From an uncultured virus (IMG/VR IMGVR_UViG_3300035093_000027) (Duplodnaviria > Heunggongvirae > Uroviricota > Caudoviricetes): a stretch of 64,000 nucleotides of DNA. Below the pieces are notes generated by a model. The model worked only from the letters and a program-made list of their open reading frames with translations, searched no databases and was not told the origin of the DNA. The stretch lies in the IMG/VR virus record IMGVR_UViG_3300035093_000027; one strand, given 5' to 3'. The position numbers and the translations under genes were made by a program. Every line of letters begins with the position of its first letter. The first letter of the stretch is position 1. This document shows positions 27,627-36,152 of the stretch, in pieces.

Positions 27627-27968
27627 ATGGACAAGGTGTACATCGTTGTGCGCGCCGACTTACCCCTTGGCGATCAGCTCGCACAGGTGGGCCATGCCGC
27701 CTTCGGCTTGGCCTTCGACGCTCGCGGCCGACCGGATCTCGACACGTGGTACGGCAGCGCCAACAACCTCGTGGTGCTCGAGGTGCCCGACGAGGCCGCG
27801 CTCGAGCACCTACGATCGCGGATCTTCGCGCTCGATCTGCCGTGCTTCGCGATGCGCGAGCCCGACCTCGGCGACGAGCAGACCGCGATCTCGTTCGGCG
27901 GCACGCCGGCGGCGCAGCGCGTGGTCTCGAGTCTGCCGCTGGCCGCGAAGTGGCGCGGCGCCGCCTGA
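27627..27968 (+). CDS. Peptidyl-tRNA hydrolase, Pth2-like
   Basis: YIVVRADL..GDQLAQVGHAA, VVLEV, REPDLGDEQTAI; AGGAGG RBS. Confidence 0.85.
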   Translation: MDKVYIVVRADLPLGDQLAQVGHAAFGLAFDARGRPDLDTWYGSANNLVVLEVPDEAALEHLRSRIFALDLPCFAMREPDLGDEQTAISFGGTPAAQRVVSSLPLAAKWRGAA

Positions 27969-27972
27969 TCGT

Positions 27973-28401
27973 CTACGAGGATCTCTTGGCGGCTGCCTCG
28001 GCAGCGGCCTCGGCCTCGAGTTCGGCGCCGATGTCCTGGCTCGTCTCGGCGAGCTCCTCGCGGATCTCCTCCTCGAGATCGAGGCTCGCCGCCGCTACGA
28101 ACTTCTCGCGCCACTGGATCCACGACGGCTCGGCCACGAGTTGACCAATGAGCGCGGGCTCGGCGTAGATCCGTGTCGCCTCTGCGAGCTGCGAGGCGGT
28201 CTCGAGATCGCCTTCGCGGACCAGGATCCCGAGCAGGTCGACGACGTTGAGTAGCGTGCTCGCCATCACGCGGTAGTCGTGACGATCAGCCGGCGTCGGC
28301 TTGGCGCACTCTGGTGCGCCGCAAGTGCAGTGCCGCGTGAAGGTGGCGCGGTACGACTCGACCAGTTCGGACAGACCCTCTTCGACATGCGCAGCGATCA
28401 C
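27973..28401 (-). CDS. Hypothetical protein
   Basis: GTGA overlap with the upstream gene; HCTCGAPEC. Confidence 0.55.
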   Translation of the reverse strand: MIAAHVEEGLSELVESYRATFTRHCTCGAPECAKPTPADRHDYRVMASTLLNVVDLLGILVREGDLETASQLAEATRIYAEPALIGQLVAEPSWIQWREKFVAAASLDLEEEIREELAETSQDIGAELEAEAAAEAAAKRSS

Positions 28402-28601
28402 TTTGGCCTCCGCCCGATCCGGATGGTGGACACGGCTCCGTCCACGAGTTGCTTGATCCGCTTCTTGCGACGGTCGCATGCCGCACACGGAGCTCGGCGA
28501 CCGATGATCCGCGCGATTGGCTGCGCGACCGCGGCCACAACGCCGGCAACGACGTCACCAGCGGTCGCTGGGGGCGTCTCGGGAGCAGTTTCGTCGCTCA
28601 T
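28398..28601 (-). CDS. Small protein with CxxCxxRK motif
   Basis: Leaderless (TACGAT 6 nt upstream); PCAACDRRKKRI. Confidence 0.6.
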   Translation of the reverse strand: MSDETAPETPPATAGDVVAGVVAAVAQPIARIIGRRAPCAACDRRKKRIKQLVDGAVSTIRIGRRPK

Positions 28602-28630
28602 GGCCTGATCGTACCCCACGCCGGGGGAGC

Positions 28631-28643
28631 GCTGGTAGGGTCC
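28631..28643 (+). promoter_or_regulatory. Conserved promoter motif GCTGGTAGGGTCC, leaderless
   Basis: TAGGGT ends 6 nt before GTG 28648; 20 bp identical to the copy at 35663-35682. Confidence 0.75.
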
Positions 28644-28647
28644 GGGC

Positions 28648-29202
28648 GTGCTACGACCCCCGCCGTTTCCGATGCGGCCGCTCGGCCTGCAGTACATCGT
28701 GTCGGGCCAGTTGGACGGCATCACGCCAGCGCCTTCGTTCGGCGTACCGCCGACGCGGGGTCCGTACGATCCGGACTCCCAGATGCTGACCTTCGAGGTC
28801 GAGGATCTGGGACTGGTCGATCTTACCGGCCTCGCGGGCGGATCCGGCCAACTCGCCGACCGGATCGTGAAGTGGATCATCATCCTGGGTCCTAGCGTTC
28901 CGTTCAACGACCGCAACATCGGCGTCGCCTTCGACGACGGCATCGGCCAGAACGACGTTGAGATCGGCGCCGCCGCGCTCGGCGTCTACTCGCGGCAGTG
29001 CATCCGCGTGCCGCAGACCGCGTCGCTTCGGCTCGACGGCATGGCCGCCAGCCCCACCGAACCCGTCGTGGTGCGCATGGGAGTGTGGATGCCACAGACC
29101 AAGCTCGAGCTCGCGGCCATGATCCAGTCGTGCTGTTGCACGGGCGCTGCGATCACGTCGCTCGGTCTCCCCGCGTTCCGCGTGGATCTTCCGCTCGCAT
29201 AG
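28648..29202 (+). CDS. Candidate virion protein, paralog of the next gene
   Basis: WI.I / I.VPQ / LE.A...CC pattern shared with 29210..30226. Confidence 0.7.
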   Translation: MLRPPPFPMRPLGLQYIVSGQLDGITPAPSFGVPPTRGPYDPDSQMLTFEVEDLGLVDLTGLAGGSGQLADRIVKWIIILGPSVPFNDRNIGVAFDDGIGQNDVEIGAAALGVYSRQCIRVPQTASLRLDGMAASPTEPVVVRMGVWMPQTKLELAAMIQSCCCTGAAITSLGLPAFRVDLPLA

Positions 29203-29209
29203 GACGACC

Positions 29210-30226
29210 ATGATCAACGACGTCCAGATCGAAGGCGTTCTCCACAACTTTACCGTGCAGTGGAACTGCCAGTTCGCGATCGACGGCTTCGACATCGCCG
29301 ATGGCCTGCGCACGAGCGGAAACACGATCGACAAGGGCCAGCAGGACGAAGAGGGCGTCTTCCGGATCGAGCAGATCGGACGCGCATCGATCTTCGACCT
29401 CGACGCGCTCGGCAAGGATGCCGCCTACGGCGAGCGCTACCTGCAGTGGATCCACATCGAGTCGGGCGATCTGGTGGGCGGGATCCCGCTGGGATTCCAG
29501 ATCTTCGTGGTCTTCCGCCATCCGACAACCGGTGACTACGTCCCGCTGCAGGAGATCACCGCCGGCTTCGTGTTCGGCGTGAGCCGCGTGTTCTACCTGT
29601 CGGAGGTGATCCACGTCCCGCAGGGTTGCGCGCTGCTCATCCAGAACCTGCCCGAGCCCACCGCTGGCGAGTTCAACGTCGTCAAGTTCTCGGTGCAGGC
29701 GGCGAGCTCGTCGCTCGAGGACGCGTCGCTGCAGCGCGCCATGTGCTGCGACGACTCCAGCGGCGACAGTGACGACGAGCCCGCGACGTTCTTGTACCGG
29801 CAGACGTACTCGTTCTCGAGCCAGGCCCTGCAGATCACCAGCGGTGACGACGATGCCATGTTCTTCTCTTGGTCGGGCTACTGGAACGGCGACGATGCGT
29901 TGGCGATGACCAACTACGCGCTGGCGATCGTCATGCAGGATGAAGGTGTCGTGCCACCTTCGGTCGATCGATGGACGTTCCGAACGAGCACGCTCACGAA
30001 CCTCGCGATCCGCACCACCGCTCCGTTCAACGGAAGGCCGATCGCTGAGATCAACGGAGTCCGTTCCTTCATCGGGGCACCTCAGCTCTTCGCATCTGGA
30101 GCACTCAACCCCGTAACCCTCAACTTTCCGGTGCCAGCAGGATCGCTGCTGCGCGTCGGAATCCTGCCGACGACCAACGCGCTCGCGGACATCCTCGCCG
30201 ATCTCGAGATCACCACGGTGGAGTGA
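29210..30226 (+). CDS. Candidate virion protein (two beta-rich domains)
   Basis: AGGA RBS; 338-aa ORF. Confidence 0.75.
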   Translation: MINDVQIEGVLHNFTVQWNCQFAIDGFDIADGLRTSGNTIDKGQQDEEGVFRIEQIGRASIFDLDALGKDAAYGERYLQWIHIESGDLVGGIPLGFQIFVVFRHPTTGDYVPLQEITAGFVFGVSRVFYLSEVIHVPQGCALLIQNLPEPTAGEFNVVKFSVQAASSSLEDASLQRAMCCDDSSGDSDDEPATFLYRQTYSFSSQALQITSGDDDAMFFSWSGYWNGDDALAMTNYALAIVMQDEGVVPPSVDRWTFRTSTLTNLAIRTTAPFNGRPIAEINGVRSFIGAPQLFASGALNPVTLNFPVPAGSLLRVGILPTTNALADILADLEITTVE

Positions 30227-30229
30227 GTC

Positions 30230-30352
30230 ATGAAGAAACTGTTCTGGGCGGGAGTGCTGCTCGAGGTGAGCGTGATGGGCTACCTCGGCTGGTCGTGGGC
30301 TGCGGCAACCGAGCGCGGCTGGGCTCCAAGGGCGCCGCGCGGAAAGAAGTGA
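30230..30352 (+). CDS. 40-aa single-TM protein (below the ORF-track cutoff)
   Basis: MKKLFWAGVLLEVSVMGYLGWSWAAATERGWAPRAPRGKK*; stop overlaps the next ATG. Confidence 0.6.
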   Translation: MKKLFWAGVLLEVSVMGYLGWSWAAATERGWAPRAPRGKK

Positions 30353-31257
30353 TGCGCTGGCGCTGGCGCGACTTGAGCGGGACCGAGCGCATCGGTGCGC
30401 TCGCACTTCCGCTCGCGGTGGTGACGCTCGTCGGTTGCACGTCGAGCGATCGCCGGATCCGTCGCGTCTTCGATCGGATCCCGCGGTTGCGTACGAACCT
30501 GCTCGGGTTCGACGACGAGGGTGAGGCCGACCCGGAGCCCGAGGGGATCGAATACGACGACGAGCCGCCGTGTCGACCGGCGCCGGTGTCGATGCCCGGC
30601 ACCCAGGGGGCGCCCGATGCAGAGTTCTGCTTGCCGCCGGCGGATCTCGAGCCCCTGGCGAAGACCGACCGGCCGTTCGCGACCGGCGGTGAGCGGCCGA
30701 AGTGGCCACTCGATACGCACGACGATGACAAGCTGCGCGTCTCCTACGAGGACGTGCGCGAAAAGTGGCACGGTCGATATGGAAGGCACTTCGGAGCGAA
30801 GCGGACGACGAAGCTCGATGACGGCACGAGCTATCGTCGCGTGCACGTCGGCGTCGACCTGTTCGCCGAACCTGGAGACGTGGTGGTCGCGCCAGAGGAC
30901 GGCACGGTGATCGCAGCGCTGCCGTTCTACAAGGGCACCGGCGCGCTCTACTTGCTGACCGACTCGGGGATCGTCGTGAACCTCGGCGAGATCGCCGACG
31001 GATCGTGGACGAAGCATGGGATCCCCAGCGGGGTGCAGAGCACGCGCGTGCGCGCGGGCGATGCGGTCGCGAGGGTCGGAAAGTCCGACGACGGATCGCA
31101 CATGCTTCACGTCGAGACGTACCGCGCCGATACCACCACCGACGAGATCCGCCACGGCGCCATGCGCTGGAAGCTGGGTGACGATCCACCCGCCAAGGTG
31201 CTCGATCCCACGCGTTACCTGGTTCGCGCGCAGCGCGTCTTCTACGAGGGAGTCTGA
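30352..31257 (+). CDS. M23-family peptidoglycan peptidase with TM/lipobox-like N-terminus
   Basis: HVGVDLFAEPGDVVVAPEDGTV, VRAGDAVARVG, HMLHVETY, DPTRYL. Confidence 0.85.
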   Translation: MRWRWRDLSGTERIGALALPLAVVTLVGCTSSDRRIRRVFDRIPRLRTNLLGFDDEGEADPEPEGIEYDDEPPCRPAPVSMPGTQGAPDAEFCLPPADLEPLAKTDRPFATGGERPKWPLDTHDDDKLRVSYEDVREKWHGRYGRHFGAKRTTKLDDGTSYRRVHVGVDLFAEPGDVVVAPEDGTVIAALPFYKGTGALYLLTDSGIVVNLGEIADGSWTKHGIPSGVQSTRVRAGDAVARVGKSDDGSHMLHVETYRADTTTDEIRHGAMRWKLGDDPPAKVLDPTRYLVRAQRVFYEGV

Positions 31258-31261
31258 TCCA

Positions 31262-31504
31262 ATGGCCAACGTCGTGACCTACCCCGCGGTGAACCTCGGC
31301 GCCCCCAAGCGCGCGCCCACCCGACGCAACGCCCGCTCCGAGCAAGGTGCGGCCACTGTGGCGGCGCTGTTGGGCATCGGGGTCATGGCGATCTCGGGCG
31401 CGGCCGCGTTGAAATGGAAGAAGCCGGTGCTCGCGCTCGGTGGCCTTTTGGCCGGTACCGCGGCGGCAGCTTTGGCGTTCGAGGCGACCAAGGCAACGAG
31501 GTAG
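31262..31504 (+). CDS. Small two-TM membrane protein
   Basis: Two hydrophobic stretches separated by KWKKP. Confidence 0.65.
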   Translation: MANVVTYPAVNLGAPKRAPTRRNARSEQGAATVAALLGIGVMAISGAAALKWKKPVLALGGLLAGTAAAALAFEATKATR

Positions 31505-31513
31505 GATCACCTG

Positions 31514-31948
31514 GTGGCCCAAGGTGGTGTCGACCGGTTCGACGAGCTGATCGAGACCAATCAGGTCCACGTGTCGTGGCTTCGCCAGCACGCCCACGCC
31601 CTGTACGAGTGCGGGCTGGATGCGATGGCCACCGCGGTGATGGAGCAGGCGCTGACGATCGAGACCAAGGCCTCATGGGCTCTCGCGACGCCGGCGGACG
31701 AGTCGCGCCCCGGCGGCGGGTGGGTCGACGAGATGATCGACCAGCTCAAGATGCCGTGGTTCTCGCCGATCCGGCCCCACGTCGTGTGGCTGCTCCACTG
31801 GTCGCGCCGAGCTCGCTCGGTGGTCCGGCACATGGCAGGGGTCGCCGAGGCGTACAACGAGCCGGCGACCAAGGTGGCCGCGGCGCAGAGGCTGCTCGAC
31901 GAGATCGACGAAGGCCCTCCATCGCCGACGCGTGATAGGATCCCGTGA
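31514..31948 (+). CDS. Hypothetical protein
   Basis: TAGGAT 6 nt before GTG. Confidence 0.6.
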   Translation: MAQGGVDRFDELIETNQVHVSWLRQHAHALYECGLDAMATAVMEQALTIETKASWALATPADESRPGGGWVDEMIDQLKMPWFSPIRPHVVWLLHWSRRARSVVRHMAGVAEAYNEPATKVAAAQRLLDEIDEGPPSPTRDRIP

Positions 31949-32145
31949 TGAAGCGCTACATCGTGATCGGAGGCATGAAGATGCCGATCGACAGCGAGCA
32001 AGATCAAGCGATCGCGCGCGAGGTCATGACCGGCGGCGGAATCGAGAACTGCGTGATCTGGGAGCGGCTCGAGGTCGAGACGCCTGCTGGTGAGACGACG
32101 ACGTCGTGGGTCGCGCTCGAGGAGCGCTTCTTACTCAACCCATGA
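31948..32145 (+). CDS. Hypothetical protein
   Basis: TAGGAT 6 nt before ATG; coupled. Confidence 0.55.
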   Translation: MKRYIVIGGMKMPIDSEQDQAIAREVMTGGGIENCVIWERLEVETPAGETTTSWVALEERFLLNP

Positions 32146-35100
32146 GCGAGAAGTAGATGATGTACGTCTCGCCCACGAGCGGCGTGCCCACGAACGTGAC
32201 GACGATCTGCGTGGCCGACACGGTTCGTGTCAGCCGAGTGACGGTGCCGGCGACGTAGCCGGTGCCGCCGACGAAGATCACGGTCGCACCCGGTGCAGTG
32301 GTCCACGTGCCGTTGGTGAACGTCAGCGTGACGGTCGGGTTGGCGGCGGGCGCCGTGCCAACGGTCACCGTGATCTCGCCGCGCATGTCCTTGCCGTTGG
32401 CGGCAACGGTTGCGGTCGCGCCCGCGCCCATGTTGTTGGTCGCGACATCGCCGTTGACGAGCGACGTTCCCAGATCGCACCACAGTCGGTTGAGCGCAAG
32501 GCCGGCGCGACCGTTGTTCACGTTGTAGCGCCACGTATACGGACGGACGGTGAGCAGGTTGCCCGAGGCGTCGAACACGAAGCCCACGCGATCGGTGCTC
32601 GAGTTGAACTGCTCGCCCCACCGCGAGTCGGAGGCGGTCGTACCGACCATCCACTCGGCGAACTGCATGTTGTTGCCGGATCCCTTGCGGAACGACAGGC
32701 GTGCGTTGCCGGCGACGGCCGAGTCTCCGATCGCGATGACAGCCGCCGACGCGGAAAACGTCAGGTTGGCGGCCATGAGCACGCTGTTGCCGAACTGGGC
32801 CAGGCCGCTGGAGTTCGTGATCTGGAAGGGCGTTCCGATTGCAACGCCTGCAGAATCGAAGCTCTCGACCAAGAAGTTCTCGGAGGTGTTCTCGCGGAGG
32901 CGCCAGCGCAGGACGCCGATGTTCAGCAGGTTGATATCGGCGGTGCCAGCATCGGGCTTGTCGATCGACAGCGAGCCCGAGACCGTGCTCGAGCCGAGCA
33001 CCACTGTCGTAGGCGTGACGACGAACGCAGTCCCGTCGTAGACCCACGATCCAACGGTGCCCGTCGTGGCCAGGATGTTGCGCACCACCATGCCCGCGGG
33101 GTAGAGCGTCGCGGCCTGCGGTACCGGCAGCGCCGCCGGCAAGGTCGGGATCACGTTGCTGATCGGATCGCCGCCGTCGTAGACGCCGATGTTAGGCGGC
33201 ACGGCGGACAGAAAGTTCAGGTCGGCGACACCCACGAGCGGACGGATGTCCGCAAGGCCCAGGCCGAAGACGTCGAACTGCTCGATCTGCGCGGCTAAGG
33301 TGCCAGTGGCGATCCCGACGAACACGAACGCGACGCTCTCTCCGAAGCTGACCAGGGTCTCGGCGGAGTCGGGCGTCATGTCGCCGCCCGAGCGGTAGTA
33401 GTTCACGGCTCCGTTGAAGCCGAGACTGCAGTCGTCGGCGCTGGTGAGCCGCACGCCGGCGGCATCCCAGCACACCACCGCGAAGCGTCCGCCGGTCGCA
33501 CGGACGATCGCCTTGAGGGTCAGGATCCGCGTGTAGTCGCGGGTGACGTTGCGGAAGTCCAGCGCGAATCCGATCGGATCGCCGCTCGAGATCGTGACAC
33601 GATCATCGGAGATCGCGCCGGTCACCGCGTTCAAGAACGAGAACGTGGCACGGTTCCAGCCCACCCCGCGAGCTGGTCGCCACAGGTTGGCGCCCACGGC
33701 GATGCAGTTGTTCTTGTTGAACGTCGCGTAGCGGATCGGATCGGACGATCCGGCCAGCACGAGATTGGTGTCGAAGATGTTCTGGATGAGGACGAGCAGG
33801 TCGGCGGGCGTGTTCGCGTTGAGCAGGTCCGCCGGGATCCCTTCGTTGGGACCGAGGTAGTTGATCCCGATGACGTTGTCGCGGACGCCCTCGCCCGAGA
33901 TCCAGTAGTCGGTGCTCTCGATGCGGGTGTTCTCGATGACGTTGGATCGTCCCGAGACCGAGCCCACGGTGAACTCGCCATGGATGGCGCTCGTGAAGCC
34001 GGCGCCCACGTTGTGGAGCTCGAACGACGGCCCCAGGATCTTGTTGCCGTTGCACGAGAACGTCGAGTCGCACACGAACTCGATGCCGGCCATGTTCAGC
34101 GCGGAGCTCGTGGCCTGCAGGCTCGAGTAGCGGCCGCCTTGGATCGTATTCTCGTTGGACCACCCGATCCCCACCGCGTGGAAGCGAACGCCCACGCGGT
34201 TGCCGAAGAAGCGCTGGGCTTGGATCTGGTTGTACGAGGTCCCGGTGCCGTCGCCCTGCAGAAGCAGTCCGCACTCGAAGTCCTCGACGCTGACGATCGC
34301 CTGCAGCTCGTCGACGTTGAGCAGGCGCAGCCCCGCGAACGCGTCCGTCCAGTCCTGCGTGTTGCGCCGGATGTTGAGCACGCTCTGCAAGGTCGACGGT
34401 GCATCGGTGTTGCTGGCCACCTGTCCGTACGTGAGCGCATGGGCGCCCGATCCCGTGAACACGAGCTCGCCGGTACACACGATGGGTACGCACGCGGGAT
34501 TCGTGAGCGCCGTGGCGAACTGGTACGAGCCCGCCGGGATGTACACGACTCCGCCGTTGAGCGGATCGGAGGCGTAGTCGATGACGGCCTGCAGCGCCGC
34601 GGAGTTGTCGGCGTTCGCCGGCAGCGCGCCCCACTGCCGCGCGTTCCAGTTCGTGTCGGCCAATGGCCATGGATCGGCGTGGTGGTTGCCGTCGAACAGG
34701 ATCCCGCCCTCGAAGAGCGCGGACTCCTCGAACGTGGACAGGATCTCGAAGTCGGCGCCCAGCGGGATCGTGGCGCCCTTCTCGAGCCAGCATCCCGTCA
34801 TCGAGAACGATGGAGCTCCACCGATCTGCATGCCGACGTTGTAGTCCTCGAGCGCGAGCCCTCCAGAGATCGACAAGGCGCGCGCGTCGGCGATCTGCAG
34901 CGCGATCGCGGTGTTGCCGACGTTGCGGGTGAAGAAGACGCGTCCGCCGATGATGGCGTTGGCGTTGGCGCTCTGCAGCGCTCGGATCCCGACCTCGGTC
35001 GAGTTGTTCACCTCGCACTGCTCGACGAGGTTGTACGCCGAGAAGGGCGTCACGCCGTCCGAGAAGTCGATGCCGATCTCGTGGTACCAGATCTGTAGGT

Positions 35101-35665
35101 TCTTGGCGTAGTTGAACTGGCTCGCCGTGAACGAGATCGCGATGCCGGACGGTGCACCGCTAGGACCGAGGATCTGCAGGCCTTGGATCCCGGAGCGGTT
35201 GAAACCGGCCGCGAACTGGAAGACCGGATCGCCCGAGGGCAGAAACGAGTAGATGAGCGACGCGTTGCCGTCGGCACCGTCGACGCCGAAGAGCACGACG
35301 TTGGCCGGGATCGTGACGGTCGAGTAGATCCCGAAGCCTTCGCCCGCGCCGACGTCGACGTTGGGTACGAGCACCCATGACGTGCCTTGGGTGTTGGCGG
35401 CGGCAGCCGCGAGCGCAGCGGTGAACGCAGCGGTGCTGTCGACGAGCGGGTTGGTCGACGCGCCGTAGTCGGTGACGTCGAGCCACAGCGTCGCGCCCGG
35501 AGGACCGACCGGACCGGGGCCGCCCGGTGCACCTGCGGCGCCTGGAGCTCCCGGCGGACCGGGCGGGCAGTCACAGGAGTCGCCGCTGCCTGAAACAGAT
35601 CCGGGGTTGATGTCCGGGCAACTGAAGCCGAGACATGCCTCCCCTTGGGTCACTCGGATCGACAC
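32135..35665 (-). CDS. Spike/tailspike-like protein: collagen-like repeats and two pectate-lyase-like beta-helix modules
   Basis: GPPGAPGAAGAPGGPGPVGPPG; LDVTDYGA..DSTAAFTAAL and NARQWGA..DNSAALQAVID..GGVVYIPAGSY. Confidence 0.85.
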   Translation of the reverse strand: MSIRVTQGEACLGFSCPDINPGSVSGSGDSCDCPPGPPGAPGAAGAPGGPGPVGPPGATLWLDVTDYGASTNPLVDSTAAFTAALAAAAANTQGTSWVLVPNVDVGAGEGFGIYSTVTIPANVVLFGVDGADGNASLIYSFLPSGDPVFQFAAGFNRSGIQGLQILGPSGAPSGIAISFTASQFNYAKNLQIWYHEIGIDFSDGVTPFSAYNLVEQCEVNNSTEVGIRALQSANANAIIGGRVFFTRNVGNTAIALQIADARALSISGGLALEDYNVGMQIGGAPSFSMTGCWLEKGATIPLGADFEILSTFEESALFEGGILFDGNHHADPWPLADTNWNARQWGALPANADNSAALQAVIDYASDPLNGGVVYIPAGSYQFATALTNPACVPIVCTGELVFTGSGAHALTYGQVASNTDAPSTLQSVLNIRRNTQDWTDAFAGLRLLNVDELQAIVSVEDFECGLLLQGDGTGTSYNQIQAQRFFGNRVGVRFHAVGIGWSNENTIQGGRYSSLQATSSALNMAGIEFVCDSTFSCNGNKILGPSFELHNVGAGFTSAIHGEFTVGSVSGRSNVIENTRIESTDYWISGEGVRDNVIGINYLGPNEGIPADLLNANTPADLLVLIQNIFDTNLVLAGSSDPIRYATFNKNNCIAVGANLWRPARGVGWNRATFSFLNAVTGAISDDRVTISSGDPIGFALDFRNVTRDYTRILTLKAIVRATGGRFAVVCWDAAGVRLTSADDCSLGFNGAVNYYRSGGDMTPDSAETLVSFGESVAFVFVGIATGTLAAQIEQFDVFGLGLADIRPLVGVADLNFLSAVPPNIGVYDGGDPISNVIPTLPAALPVPQAATLYPAGMVVRNILATTGTVGSWVYDGTAFVVTPTTVVLGSSTVSGSLSIDKPDAGTADINLLNIGVLRWRLRENTSENFLVESFDSAGVAIGTPFQITNSSGLAQFGNSVLMAANLTFSASAAVIAIGDSAVAGNARLSFRKGSGNNMQFAEWMVGTTASDSRWGEQFNSSTDRVGFVFDASGNLLTVRPYTWRYNVNNGRAGLALNRLWCDLGTSLVNGDVATNNMGAGATATVAANGKDMRGEITVTVGTAPAANPTVTLTFTNGTWTTAPGATVIFVGGTGYVAGTVTRLTRTVSATQIVVTFVGTPLVGETYIIYFSLMG

Positions 35666-35669
35666 GCCC

Positions 35670-35682
35670 GGACCCTACCAGC
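35670..35682 (-). promoter_or_regulatory. Conserved promoter motif GCTGGTAGGGTCC, leaderless
   Basis: TAGGGT ends 6 nt before GTG 35665. Confidence 0.75.
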
Positions 35683-35732
35683 GTCTGGTCGGGACGAAGG
35701 ATCTGTGCTGAGATCGAGGCGGGAGCGCGCTC

Positions 35733-36152
35733 ATGGCCCGGATCCGCAAGCGAACGAAGTCGATGCGCCTACGCGCCGGAGCCGCGGTAATCGCCGTACT
35801 GGTGGTGATCCTCGTGGCGTACCTGATCGGCTCGCGCAGTCGTGCGCGCAAGGGCCAGATGGTCACGATGGACGCGGGTCTCATGACGATCCGCGACTAC
35901 GACGCGTGGTTCAACGTGCTGCCCACGGCGATCCGCGCGGCGATGCGTCGCAACAACCCCAACGCGGAAGCGATCCTCGCCGACGTCTTCTCGTCGATCT
36001 TGCCCAACGAGACATGGCCGCCTCCGGCCGGATCGCCGCAGCGCTGGCAGTGGACGCAGATGCTCGAGCAGACGCGCGCGTTGCTCGAGCCACCTCCGCG
36101 CCGACCGACACCCGAGCGGCTGCGCGTCGTTCGTCCCAACGCGATCGCCTAG
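35733..36152 (+). CDS. Single-TM protein with basic N-terminus
   Basis: AAVIAVLVVILVAYLIG; P..TWPP motif shared with 570..2126. Confidence 0.7.
   Translation: MARIRKRTKSMRLRAGAAVIAVLVVILVAYLIGSRSRARKGQMVTMDAGLMTIRDYDAWFNVLPTAIRAAMRRNNPNAEAILADVFSSILPNETWPPPAGSPQRWQWTQMLEQTRALLEPPPRRPTPERLRVVRPNAIA

Noticed and set aside
29153..31597. 814-aa minus-strand ORF and many similar long overlapping ORFs (e.g. 2092..3570, 9573..11177, 45016..46461)
   Set aside because: Shadow frames of high-GC coding genes; Arg/Ala-rich with no motifs, while the opposite strand has recognisable proteins.
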